From: Spirogloea muscicola
Taxonomy: Eukaryota
Length of the DNA: 41,848 bases
Direction of reading: 5' to 3'
NCBI GenBank assembly: GCA_009602725.1
Contig: WELB01000019.1
Span: forward strand, 845,888-887,735
Shown here: in pieces, positions 1 through 10,511 of the stretch
Position numbering within the stretch: the first letter of the stretch is position 1
How the letters are laid out: the number at the start of each line of letters is the position of its first letter
The notes under the pieces: generated by a model
What the model was told of the DNA's origin: nothing
The model's database searches: none
Seen by the model: the letters and a program-made list of their open reading frames with translations, nothing else
Position numbers and translations under genes: made by a program

Positions 1-1411
1 GCTGCTGGCACAAGAGCTAGTCAATTGCCGTCCGGTATTCGAGCGTCAGCTAGCGACCTCTATGTGCTGACTCGTGGTTACTGAGCGGGTCAGCTTAGCA
101 GCAGGTGACGTACATTTGTCCAATGTGCTTGCCTTTGTACTTGGCCACACATGGCCTCCCCATCTCTTAATATACACGCATTTTTCTTTTCTTCCCTAGC
201 TCAGGCAGTCCACTTGTGAGCAGGCCGCGATATGGCTGCTGCATCTGGGTCTAAGCGGGGTGCCTCTTTCCCAGCTGCGAGTAACTCCGACTTGCTGCTG
301 CTCACTCGTGATTACTAAGTTTCCATCGGCGGTAGTCTCGTGTTCAGCTGTGTGCTTCTGGGCGCCTTCCGGCTCTTTGGACCTTGTCCATTTTCATTGG
401 GCTGGCCCAGCCCCTACCTTGTATGGGAATGAAAGGGCTCGCCCATAGAGAGAGCACTTTCTTTCTAAGTTGTCGGCCCGCTTGCTCGACTGGCTGGCTG
501 GCTGGCTGGCGGCTTGCTCTTACAGCCGCTCTTTCCTACTACAGCCGCTTTTACAGCCGCTTTTATATCAGCAGCCGCATTCTTGCGTTCTTACAGAATG
601 CGGCTCTTGCCTCTTGCAGCGCGCAAGAGGCGATAATTTCATTCTTTCTTCTTCATTGCAGCTTACTTGCAGCGCTCCCAAGCGGGACTTTGTCCATTCT
701 TTTTGGGCTGGCTTTGCCAGCCCAAAAAAGAAAACCCATCTAGTATTCAGGCATCGATTAGCGACCTTTATGTTTTGACCCGCGTTTACTGAGCGGGTCA
801 TTCTGCTGTAGGTTATATAGGTCTTAGATGTGGTTGCCTTTGTACTTGGCCATTTGGCCTTCTTTTGTTTCAAATACACGAATTTTTACTTCTTCTCTAT
901 GGGCGAGCACTTTCTTCCCAAGCTCTCGCTGCCTTTCGTCCTAGTCCTTCGCACTCCGGCTCCTTCAGACCTTGTCCATTCCTTTGGGCTGGCCTTCCCA
1001 GCCACCAGTCAATCTGGCCGCGCTTTCTTCTCTGCCTCCGCGTTCCGCCAGGGCGATGTTGTCCATTTGGGCTGGCCTCTCACAGCCTCCAGTCAACATG
1101 GAAGCGCTGTTCTTTCCTGTACTTTTCCGCCCTCTATTTATTCTGATCTGCACTTGATGACTAGAGGATATTGAGCGCCCACTCGTAAAGAAAGTGCTCG
1201 ATAGGGGCTGGCAAAGCCCGTTCTGGCAAAGCCAGCCCAAAAATGATGGACAATGTCCAAAGCCAAAGAAAGAGGTGCCAAAAAAGGACTGCACTACCAC
1301 TCGTAGGAGTCATACAGGGGGATTTCACGCTTTTTGTGCCTTTCGGCCCTTTCTTTCGCTATCTCTATGTCAATTCTTTCTGGGGCTGGCTTTTTGCAGC
1401 CCTTGCCCCCA

Positions 1412-1770
1412 TTGCCACGCAGTGGAGGTGCTGAGCAGAGAAAGCTTCGACACTACTCTGACTAACCCCGCAGCGACCACCTCCTCCCGGCCGCAATCGA
1501 CAGTTTCGGCTGCTTGGGTCCTCGCTTCCATACCCTACTCGAGGACATAGCGAGTCTGGGATATGCACGACGCGAGGATATGCTTCCAGCCCAGATGGGT
1601 ATGCCGGCAGCCTATCTGTCATTTCTGCGACGTCGAGTGTCAGCTTGTCTGCAGCGAGCTCAGGCTCATGCGTTGCACCAGAAAGCTGGTCGAGCCTTAG
1701 CTGGTAATTCAAGAGCTTGTCGATTGCCGTCCGGTATTCGAGCATCAGCTAGCGACCTCTATGTGCCCTC
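1412..1770 (+). pseudogene. C-terminal restriction-like endonuclease (RLE) region of a non-LTR retrotransposon ORF
   Basis: Translates AEQRKLRHYSD*PRSDHLLPAAIDSFGCLGPRFHTLLEDIASLG...AAYLSFLRRRVSACLQRAQAHALH. This matches the RLE C-terminal pattern AE..K...Y / P.A.ExFG.LG / R.SVALQRGNA. In-frame TAA at 1463-1465. Confidence 0.75.
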
Positions 1771-1907
1771 CGTCTCTATGGGCGAGCACTTCTTCTTCTG
1801 CCTGAACAATGTATTGGCTTGAATTGGCCTCCCTTTCAATTCATGCGCCCCGCGCGCCTTCTCTCTTCTTTATGTGCTGACTCGTGGTTACTGAGCGGGT
1901 CAGCTTA

Positions 1908-2048
1908 GGGCCAATTTACACTAGACGGGTCGGTCACCCATTGGCCTCGACTTGGCCTCAAATTGGCAAGGTCTTGACTTTAAGCGTCCATACGACGCGC
2001 GAAACGTACCCTTCAGCCGTGACCGACCGGTCGAGTGTAAATTGGCCC
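1908..2048. mobile_element. Harbinger/Tourist-type MITE (141 bp)
   Basis: 30-bp TIRs (gggccaatttacact.gac.ggtcggtcac, 2 mismatches) flanked by TTA/TCA. It interrupts the retroelement UTR, whose empty form cagcttagcagcag is at ~91-104. Ends resemble the 2494-4403 element. Confidence 0.9.
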
Positions 2049-2743
2049 TCAGCAGCAGATGACGTACATTTGTCAATGTGCTAGTGAAGTTCTTTTTCGG
2101 CACCTCTTTCTTTGGCTTGGGATATTGTCCATTCTTTTTGGGCTGGCTTTGCCAGCCACTCTTCTCTATGGGCGAGCACTTCTCCTCCTTGGCTCCTCTT
2201 GACCTTGTCCATTCTTTTTGGGCTGGCTTCTCCCAGCCACCAGTCAATTCGGCCGCGCTTTTCTCTTCTCTCGCTTGCCTTTTGTACTTGGCCACACATG
2301 GCCTCCCCATCTCTTAACACACGCATTTCCATAGGGAGTGCCACTTCTTTCTTCTATGGGCGAGCACTTTCATTTGTCTCTTCTTCTTTGTCAGGCCACC
2401 GGCTTCCGTGTGGCGGCGCTCTGGTTCCCAAATCAGCCTGTCGGTAATCGTCTGTGCTCAACGCGTGGTCACGAGCGTCACCCTGTCGCCTTAGGGCCGA
2501 TTTACACCGGATCGGTCGGGCACGCACGTGCTGACCAGCGGGTCAGGGGGGGGTCACGGCCACGGAGGCCGAGGCCGCCTGCACGTGCGGAACCGCCCCC
2601 CAAGCCCCGCCAGGTCGGACTGGCTGCCCGGCGCGCTTGGGCAGCAGCTTCAAAGCCCAGCAGCAGCGCCGCCTCCCGCCGCCTGGTCGAGCGCCCCCGC
2701 AGGCGCACGCTCCCCCCTCCCGCTGCCGACCCGGCCTGCAGGC

Positions 2744-3630
2744 ATGGCGCCCGAGCGGAGGCTGATTTGCTGCATCATTGCCACAGCCCTGGCCTGCTGG
2801 CACCAGGCGGAGGCGGAGGCGGAGGCGGAGGCGGAGGCGGAGGCGGAGGCGGAGGCGGAGGCAAATCTGCTGCTCTCGCAGCAGATCGAGATCATGGGTG
2901 TCGTGGCCACAGTGAAGAAGGAAGAAGGATAGAGCACCGCGCAGCCTGTGGAGCTCCACGCAGACGACCGGCTGGCTCCAGCAGCTGCTGGTCGACTTCA
3001 CCGAGCAGCAGTTCCGGAAGCGCCTGCGAGTGTCGCGCAGAGTCTTCAACAACCTGGTCCGGGTTCTCGGCGACAGGATCCAGAAGCAGGACACGAACTA
3101 CAGAGCAGCTGTGCCGATGGAAGCGAGAATAGCGGCCACGCTGCACCGCCTGGCAACTGCCAGCCCCATCAGGGCCACAGCCGATCTGCTCGGGATGGCA
3201 GAGTGCACGGCCAGCAACATCATCAGAAAGGTGCTGGAGGCCATCAGTGACATCCTGCGGCCGGCTCACGTCAAGTGGCCCATGCGCGCTGAGATGGCCG
3301 GCATGGCCGCCAACTTCCAGACGTTCGCAGGCATCCCGGACGTCATCGGCGCAGTCGACGGCACCCACATCCCAATCATGGCTCCACAAATCACTCCCAA
3401 ATACTTCTACAACCGCAAGAGCCACCACTCCGTGGTCCTGCAGGTGATCGCTGACGCCAAGCTCAAAATCTGGCACTTCGACGTCGGCTGGTGCGGCAAC
3501 GTCCACGACTGGTCAGTCTTCACGCAGAGCAGGATCGGCGTGGCGTGCGACAGAGGTTTCCTTGGACGCTACTGTCTACTTGGCGATGCAGCCTATCCGC
3601 CGCGCGGATACATGCTCAGCCCACGGCTCC
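2744..3630 (+). pseudogene. Harbinger DDE transposase (HARBI1/DDE_Tnp_4-like), frameshifted and 3'-truncated
   Basis: Motifs FRKRLRVSRRVF, IGAVDGTHIPI, YFYNRKSHHSVVLQVIAD, GNVHDWSVF, LLGDAAYP. Frameshift near 2915 between MAPERR...VKK and RAPRSLW. Homology stops at ~3625, before the final catalytic Glu region. Confidence 0.9.
2805..2862 (+). repeat. (AGGCGG)n hexamer microsatellite encoding poly-(AE) in the transposase N-terminus
   Basis: About 9-10 perfect copies seen directly. Confidence 0.95.
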
Positions 3631-3981
3631 CTTGGCGTATATGAGCGAGACAACCCAATCATGTCTCCATGCGCCCCGGCCATCATCCCCGGGGCTGCTG
3701 CGTGCGCCAGCACCACGGTCCCGCACTTGCTGCTCGCGGAGGTTTACGTTGGGGCTGATGGTGCGCAAAGGCTCCATGCCCCCGCGCGCCGGAGTGCTGT
3801 TGCCGGCTGGCGCTTTTGGCGCTGGTGGCGGTGGCAGCGACGGCGAGGTGCTGTTGCCCTTGTCGCAGGCTGCGCCCGGCACGTCAACTGCTGCCATGGC
3901 AGCCACCGGCTGCAGCTGCCCCGCCGACTGCGGCTGCCCGGGGACTGCGCGGCCTTGGCGACCAGGCTGGCGCTGATACAT
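3625..3981 (-). pseudogene. 5' part of the Harbinger second gene (Myb/SANT-like DNA-binding protein)
   Basis: Minus ORF ends ...RGAWRHDWVVSLIYAKG, resembling helix 1 of Myb/SANT-trihelix domains. It is convergent with the transposase and cut at the same junction. Confidence 0.6.
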
Positions 3982-4014
3982 CGCTGGAGGCCCAGAGCTG
4001 CCGGGAGGGGGANC

Positions 4015-4190
4015 TGCTTAGCAGGGGTTACTGAGTGGTTAGTAGCTGCTTTGTTTTTTCTTGTGTGCTTGTCATTTCTGCTGCTTCGCCTTAGGGCTTC
4101 GCCTGGCTTCCCCCCCCCTCTTCTTGTACTCTGTTCATTCTTTTTTGGGCTGGCTGTTCCAGCCCATATTCTCAATGGGCGAGCCCTTCT
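4015..4190 (+). mobile_element. RLE retrotransposon 3' fragment nested inside the Harbinger
   Basis: LLSRGY* followed by the UTR2 hairpin gggctggctgttccagccc and the terminus aatgggcgagcccttc; begins at an 'n'. Confidence 0.65.
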
Positions 4191-4464
4191 CCTCGGCAGG
4201 AGGGCCCGCAGATGACCTCCCCCGTGGCAAACGGCGCCGTTGCCTCCTTAACGGGGGCAAAAAGCGTCCTGGTCAGCGTCCCATGTGGCGCCTCCGTGGC
4301 GTGCGACCACGACCGGGCGCGCCGTTACACCGGCGCCGGTCATTCCATTCAAAGCGCGACACGTACCCATCGGCGTGACCGTCGACCCGGTGTAAATCGG
4401 CCCTTATTAGCCACCTTAGCACAGGTGGGTTCATTTTATATAGCCCCAATTTGGAGAGGAGAGA

Positions 4465-4775
4465 TCGTGTATTAGAAAGAAATGTAGGCCAAATGGCCAG
4501 GTACAAAGGCAAGCACATCTGAAAATCTACAGAACCTACAGCAGATTGACCCGCTCAATAACCACGGGTCAAAACATAAAGGTCACTACTCGATGCATGA
4601 ATACTAGATGCCAGGAACGGAGCCCTTCTGCCACCTACTAGAGCTCGCTCAGCTTTCGGGTGCAAGGCACTAGCCTGAGCACGCTGCAAACAGGCCGAAA
4701 CTCGACGTCGCAAGAGCGACAGATATGCAGCTGGCAAGCCCATCTCAGCCGGAAAAAAGGCCCAATTTGGCACCA
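4465..4775 (-). mobile_element. RLE retrotransposon 3' end (subfamily with UTR1)
   Basis: ORF 4555-4773 (FFPAEMGLPAAYLSLLRRRVSACLQRAQASALH...SDLYVLTRGY*) is homologous to 1580-1770 and is followed by UTR1. Confidence 0.8.
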
Positions 4776-5293
4776 GCGTTTTGCCTGGACAGTGTTGTGT
4801 TGGCTTAAGTTGGCCACCTTCTCTTTCATCTCATGCGCCATATCTCCTTCGTTAGCCCGACCTCGCGGCCGACCCGCCACTCATTGCTGACCCCACTGGC
4901 CATCACTGGCATTCCTCACAGCGGCCGGAGCTCCCGCCACAGGCGCGCGCAAGCCGCGCCGCGCGGCCAGGCGCCGTCGTGCCCCGCCGCTCTCGCTGCC
5001 GCCGCCGCGGCATTGCCTCGGCGGCAGCTGACCGAGGTTGAGGAGCGTGGCTGGTTGACTAATGGCATGAGCTCGAGATTCAGCACTGCAAAGCGATGCT
5101 GTTACCATGCATTGCCCTCGGATATGCCTGGGGCTTGCTCGAGACTTGAAGGCTGAGAGTGAGGCGGAAGCTCTACCACGAGAGGCTATGGGAGGATGCG
5201 CTCTGGAGGAGTGGACGTACAAAATATCTGGGAGAGCTCCTTGCAGCTGACTGCAGGAACAGATCAACTCTCACAAGTCTAAAGAGACCGGCC

Positions 5294-8200
5294 ATGGCCG
5301 CTCTGAGCTCGGTAGGACTCGCTGAACTGCTCAGGGATGGCACCTCAGTCCTTAACAGTCTCGTCCCTGCCCTAGCTTCGGCATTCTCTGTGATCCTCGT
5401 CGGATTCGCGTGCGTGAAGCTTCAGATTGTGAAGGGTGCACACAAGCAGGTGAGCTCCTGTGTTCCCTGTGTCAGCTTTGCCAATGTCATGTAGACTTGC
5501 TCATATGCACAGTACACCTCTCACATCTGATCTGCTTGCAAGCATGTAAACCTCAGCTTTTGCTTGCTCACAAGGAACTGGGCATCCCTCAGCCGACACT
5601 GATTCGCTGTGCCATTTGCAGGGCCTTTCCCTTTTCGTCACCAAGCTCGCTCTACCATGCATGCTATTCTCGGGCGTCAGTGCTCTCAACTTCAGCACTG
5701 TGGACTGGGCATTCGTGGTCGCGTCTGCAATCGGGAAAATAGGTGTTTTCGTCGTCGCAGCAGGTGAGCATGCAGTGAGGTTCATCTCCAGCTTACACTT
5801 TGACTTTGACGCACCTTCACATGCATCAATTGATGACTGAAGCTTGACCCATTGCCTTAAACCTCCTCTCTTTCAGGCATCACCCTGCTACTAGATGTTG
5901 GACAGCCTTCGGTCCTTGGAACTGCCGGTGTCCACGCAATCTTCGTCTCTCAGTCAAATGACTTTGCCTTGGGACTCCCAATCATTCAGGTTACTGCTTT
6001 GATCTACCATTCACCACCAGCTATGCACAAACTAAATGAGAAAGCTGCAGAGCCTTGCAATCTATAAGTAGAGAAGGCACTGAAAGGTACTCGTTGCTTG
6101 CTGTTTCTGATAGATGTGCTCTACGAGATGGTCTCTGCACGACTGTATATGACAGGCTGAATGCAGGTGTAGTAGGTTCGAAGGGATATATGATCTTGAT
6201 TGGCCTGTTCTGCCACCCGTGCATTTTCACAGGCTTTGTTTCAGGACACGCACCCAGAGTACATAGGATACCTGTTTTTGGTGGCGCCCATTTCAGTCAC
6301 GTTCCTAAACCCCATCGGCTTCTTGCTCATGGAGATGGGCATGGAGAAAGGTGAGGCTGCAGATGCAGAAAGGCCGCTTTTGGTGGAGGACACCATCAAG
6401 GAAGGGGAAGATGAGGGTGAGGACGAGGACGATGAGGACTATCACAGTGTGGACGAGGAAGATGATGATGAGGCGGCTGCCGAAGCTCGGCAACCCAGAA
6501 TCCCTGCAATTATGCAGGCTGGGTGGGTGGGAAGTGGCCGGAGACCCGCGCCAAGGGTGGCAACCCCTTACCCCCGGAGAAAGCCGAGCAAGATGTGGAA
6601 GGTCGTGGCCAACGTGATAAAGACACCCGTTGTCTTCATGGTGTGCACCAAAGCCCTGCTGCTATCAGCGGCAGTGCTCAATGCTGCTTGTCATGTATGT
6701 TCATTTCTGTACTCCTGGTTCTACATGCTCATGCCAATTGACCTTTAAACAGGTTCCAATTGGCCTTGTGGCGAACTTCCTCTTCAACCACCACCTACCT
6801 CCCTACTTATTTGGCACATTCCAGGTAAGCTAGCGGTGTGCAATCTAATAAGGACCTGCGTTGCTAGTTTCTTTTGACTGCACAAAGCCTAAAGCTCTCC
6901 AATCGGAACTCTGAACAGACCTTCGCCAATTCCTTCGCTGCATTGGCACTATTTATTCTGGGAATGTCAATAGGGGAGCAATCTGAAGCTGCCAACAAAG
7001 GGGAAGCCACGCTGGGACCAACAATCACAGCGCTCACCCTCATTGCAGGGAAATGCCTCTTGCTGCCGCTGGTTATTGTTGTGGTTCTCATGTACGCACG
7101 AGGTGCGTGAATCTGCGTAAGCAGAGTGGCAAGTGAGGCACTGCCTTGTTGGCTTTGCACGGTGCAAATATAGCTTCTGGAGGTGTTGCTGATATGTTGG
7201 TGCGCTTGTTCTTGAAGCAAACTGACCCTGATGCTTCAGTGTCTCCTTGGCAGCTGACATTTCTCTGGTTATGATGGGTCTTATCTATGGATCTCTACCC
7301 TGCGCTCCTGCAACCTTTTTCTATGCATCAGAATATGGTACTCATTAACCCACCTTGCAAGTCTAATGGCTGAGCAGGCCTGGTACTGCCTGTTATGCCA
7401 ACGATCTCAGCTCCTTACGGATTGAGGATTGTTGTTTGAAATTGTGGCAGGCTTGTGTACAGAGTACATGGCCATGGCAACAGTTTTGGGAACTTTCCTG
7501 TTTGCACCCTTGGTTTACTTCTTGGCACAGCTAACTTTGATGGTGATGTCGGACTATCAGCACCTTCTTGAGCAGGTCATTAAAACATGTCGCATGTCCT
7601 GCGGCCTGCACTTTCTGCAAGCCATTCTTGGTTGCAATACTGCTCATTTTGATGATGCATAAGTCATACCGTGTGAATCATATCACTGTAGCTGGCCAGT
7701 CACCGTCTTGACAAGGTGCTGCATTCCTGAGAATGACTTAGAAGTTAGTATTAGAGCCTGACTACTGCAGAATTTGCCGATTCCCTCCTCAGTTCGAAGG
7801 CATTATCACGGACATGGGTACTCTTGGGGCTATTTGTGCAATTTGGACACTCCTGGCACTCTTGCTGCAAAGAACTCGGCCTCGTCTGCAGTTTTCAGAC
7901 CATTATAAGCTGGAATCCAAGCTCCTTTGCTCAGTGGCGATTGGATGGGTGAGATCTCTAAACATGAAGGCCTGGACAAGCTTTGGCCTTACATAGTCGT
8001 GACCTGCAAGAGATGTGGGTGAAGGCCTTGGCTTTGTGAGATTGTCAGCAGCAGAGCAAGAGGCAGCCCATTCATTCTAAGTACTTTCCTAAGACGTTCT
8101 TCACGTTATGTACAAGTCTTGCTCAGGACTCCGCTTGCATATGACACATTTCCATGACTTGTGACCAGGCGGCAACGTGCATTGCAAGCCTCACATGTCG

Positions 8201-10511
8201 GCTCCAAATCACAAACAAAACTATATGGGCCATTCAGTTTATTGGAACTTTTGGTGGTCGAATGGCAGCAAGGATTTTCCTCGGTCTCATCGCATTGTGC
8301 GAAGTCTGCTGTAGCACTCTGGGGCCAGATGCTGTGCACCCAAAGTCAACCCTTGTGCTGCTCTCAGGCTGGGCCTTGACAGCGGTGGTCACCGGCATTC
8401 CTGTGCTCCTGACAAAGTCATCTCCCAGCCGCAAGACCTTGTAAGTCAGCCGGCTGCACTTGACAAGTAATTCCCAACCTGAGGTAGTTTCTAAAGCAGA
8501 CCTGGTATTGGCCTTGGAGGTTCCTGTGCCCCATGCTCTTGAGCAGGCCTGCAATCAGCTCACAAGGCTTCTCATACATGACATGCTGCAGAATGGATTG
8601 CTGGTACCCTTACGGCCGGACCCAAGACCTTGTGGCTGCTGTCGTCATGCTATCCTCAGGTAGAGAGCAACTTGTCTTGTGAATTTGACATGATCCAGGA
8701 GCCTGCATGGAACTTGAGTTCTTTGTGTCAAGTAATCAGATTTTACAAGCTGCAAGTTCAAGGCTCTCAATACTTGGCAAAACATATGTTGTTGGGTATA
8801 GGCCTGCTGACAAAGCTGCCATTTGCAGCTTCTGTGATCGTGGTGAGCATCTGCATTCTCATCAAGAAGCAAGTGGCCAACTCAAGGGCCAGGGGAGAAC
8901 CCGTACGTTGGGGCTCCATTCGGCTGAATTGGAGGCCTGACCACGACAGTCATTCCAACTCTGCTCCACATCTGACCTCTCATTCCCCCCAGCAGAGGCA
9001 AGTTCAGCTTCTATCAGCGTTTGCCATCTGTCAGCTTGCAAGCCTTGCCTTTGCCCCTTCAAGTCATCTGCTACAGAAGGCGGCGCTGTTTGTTGTATTT
9101 CTCACGACTACCAGCTTCTGAGCACCATAAGTGTTGGATAAATTGCAGTGACATAGTTCCATCTTCACGTGCTTCGGCACCCATCTCGCCTCGAGGGCGA
9201 TCAGAAGGTGACGTGTTTGAGGGCATAGGCCAGGCAGTCACAGAAGTTGACATCGCTGCAGAGAGCAACGTCAAACCCCCGACTCTTGCCCAGCGGCGAA
9301 ATGTGGGGCTTCCGACCAATCTCTTGACCAACATGGATACTGCTCGCTCTTCCCGCCCATCTGCAGCCCCTCCCAAAAGGCATGCTCATTGAGGCATCTC
9401 TGACACTCCACTTCGTCTTAGCAATCTAGCTGCTATTGTTATCCTTTGGAGGCTCTGGCAACAGCATGCTTTCTGCCCTGCTATGGCAATATGACTGTTT
9501 CCTGCGTAGCATGTAAGATGAGGTACGCTGCATTGAGTTGTTCACAGAGTTGTTACTCTGACATTCTGCATTTCCGCTTGCTTTGGCAAGCAGACATGTG
9601 GCAAGTGCATGGAGATTCCGGACAGATGAGGAGGAGCAGAACATGCTGCTAGTCTACTGCCTCATTGGCCTTGCCTCCATGCTCGTTGGCTCTTCCTATT
9701 GCCTCATGCCTCCTGACGAGGTATATGGCAATGGAGCAGCTGCGCTACACCTACACCCCTCTGACCTGAGACCTGTTTGCTGCTATCTGCTGTGGATCAA
9801 GTAGCACCAGTCTGCATGATGCACCAATACCTGCCTTTAAGGTTGTCATTATGGTTGACCTGCCTTCTACTTGACCCTCTTTTGGTGCCTTGGCAACACG
9901 ACGAATGGAAAGCTTGACCAGGTATGGAGTCATTGTGTTGTGTCAGACAAAGGAAGGCAGCGGAGAGATATCCACAAAGCACCTGCTGCTCTTGCTTGAT
10001 GTTCTACTTTCATATGGGCAAGGTGCGGTCCTGTTCTTGGCGTTTGGCCTGCACCCTGGACTCATCCAGCCCATTGTGGCTCTCAGAGACACGTGGTCCA
10101 AATATCGGGCACCAATGGTAAGTGTGTGGCAAGCATTGCAGGCAGTCTTATTTGAGATGACAATTGCCAAGAATCTATCTGGTCAAATGGTGTACGTTGA
10201 TAGTCATAAGCCATATCACAACTTTACTTGGTGTTTCCCCTAGGAGGTCCACTCCAACCAGAAATCGTGCGTATCTCATCTGTAGCTGCATTTTCTGGTA
10301 GAGGGTCCTTGGACGTTTATGTTTTTGTCCTTGTTTTATGTCCACCGTACAAATTTGAGAAACAATTGACTGCCCACTCCAGGAGAAGCACTACACAAGG
10401 TGGACGGATGTTCTTGGTGGAGAAGTCGATGACGGTGGGGCAGGCTATAGGAAGCTGTACCGGCGAGCATCATCGGCCGCAGTCAATGCCCATCGACCTG
10501 CAACGACATGA
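5294..10511 (+). CDS. GPR155/LYCHOS-like protein: PIN-like (Mem_trans) transporter domain fused to a GPCR-like 7TM domain; ~16 exons; no DEP domain seen
   Basis: Approximate exons: 5294-5449, 5622-5763, 5877-5989, 6233-6640, 6753-6824, 6919-7102, 7254-7337, 7451-7575, 7793-7948, 8169-8440, 8591-8658, 8829-8997, 9149-9379, 9593-9720, 9946-10117, 10383-10511. Motifs SQSNDFALGLPIIQALFQDTHPEYIGYLFLVAPIS..FLNPIGF, YGSLPCAPA, GTFLFAPLVY, SGWALTA and SYGQGAVLFLAFGL are colinear with animal GPR155 as I recall it. Confidence 0.88.

Larger units (their letters stand above)
1..2370 (+). mobile_element. Cluster of 5'-truncated 3' ends of RLE-type (CRE-like) non-LTR retrotransposons, at least two subfamilies, mostly head-to-tail with a few inverted pieces
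   Basis: Recurrent ORF end 'SDL..LTRGY*' (ctgactcgtggttactga) followed by one of two 3'UTRs. UTR1 ends ...aatacacgca/gaa. UTR2 reads gaccttgtccattctttttgggctggc..cagccc...tatgggcgagcacttc. Inverted pieces at ~435-450 and ~1190-1295. Confidence 0.75.
2494..4403. mobile_element. PIF/Harbinger DNA transposon, internally deleted
   Basis: 17-bp perfect TIR gggccgatttacaccgg; TTA target duplication at 2491-2493 and 4404-4406; carries transposase and Myb/SANT gene remnants. Confidence 0.95.

Noticed and set aside
1365..1745. 126-aa minus ORF (MLEYRTAID...) as a gag-like gene
   Set aside because: It is antisense to the RLE coding frame, which is the frame with recognisable motifs conserved between copies.
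60..2370. Recurrent palindromic motifs as a CRISPR-like array or ribozyme series
   Set aside because: Spacing is irregular, orientations are mixed and no hammerhead core is visible; the motifs are explained as retrotransposon ORF ends and 3'UTRs.
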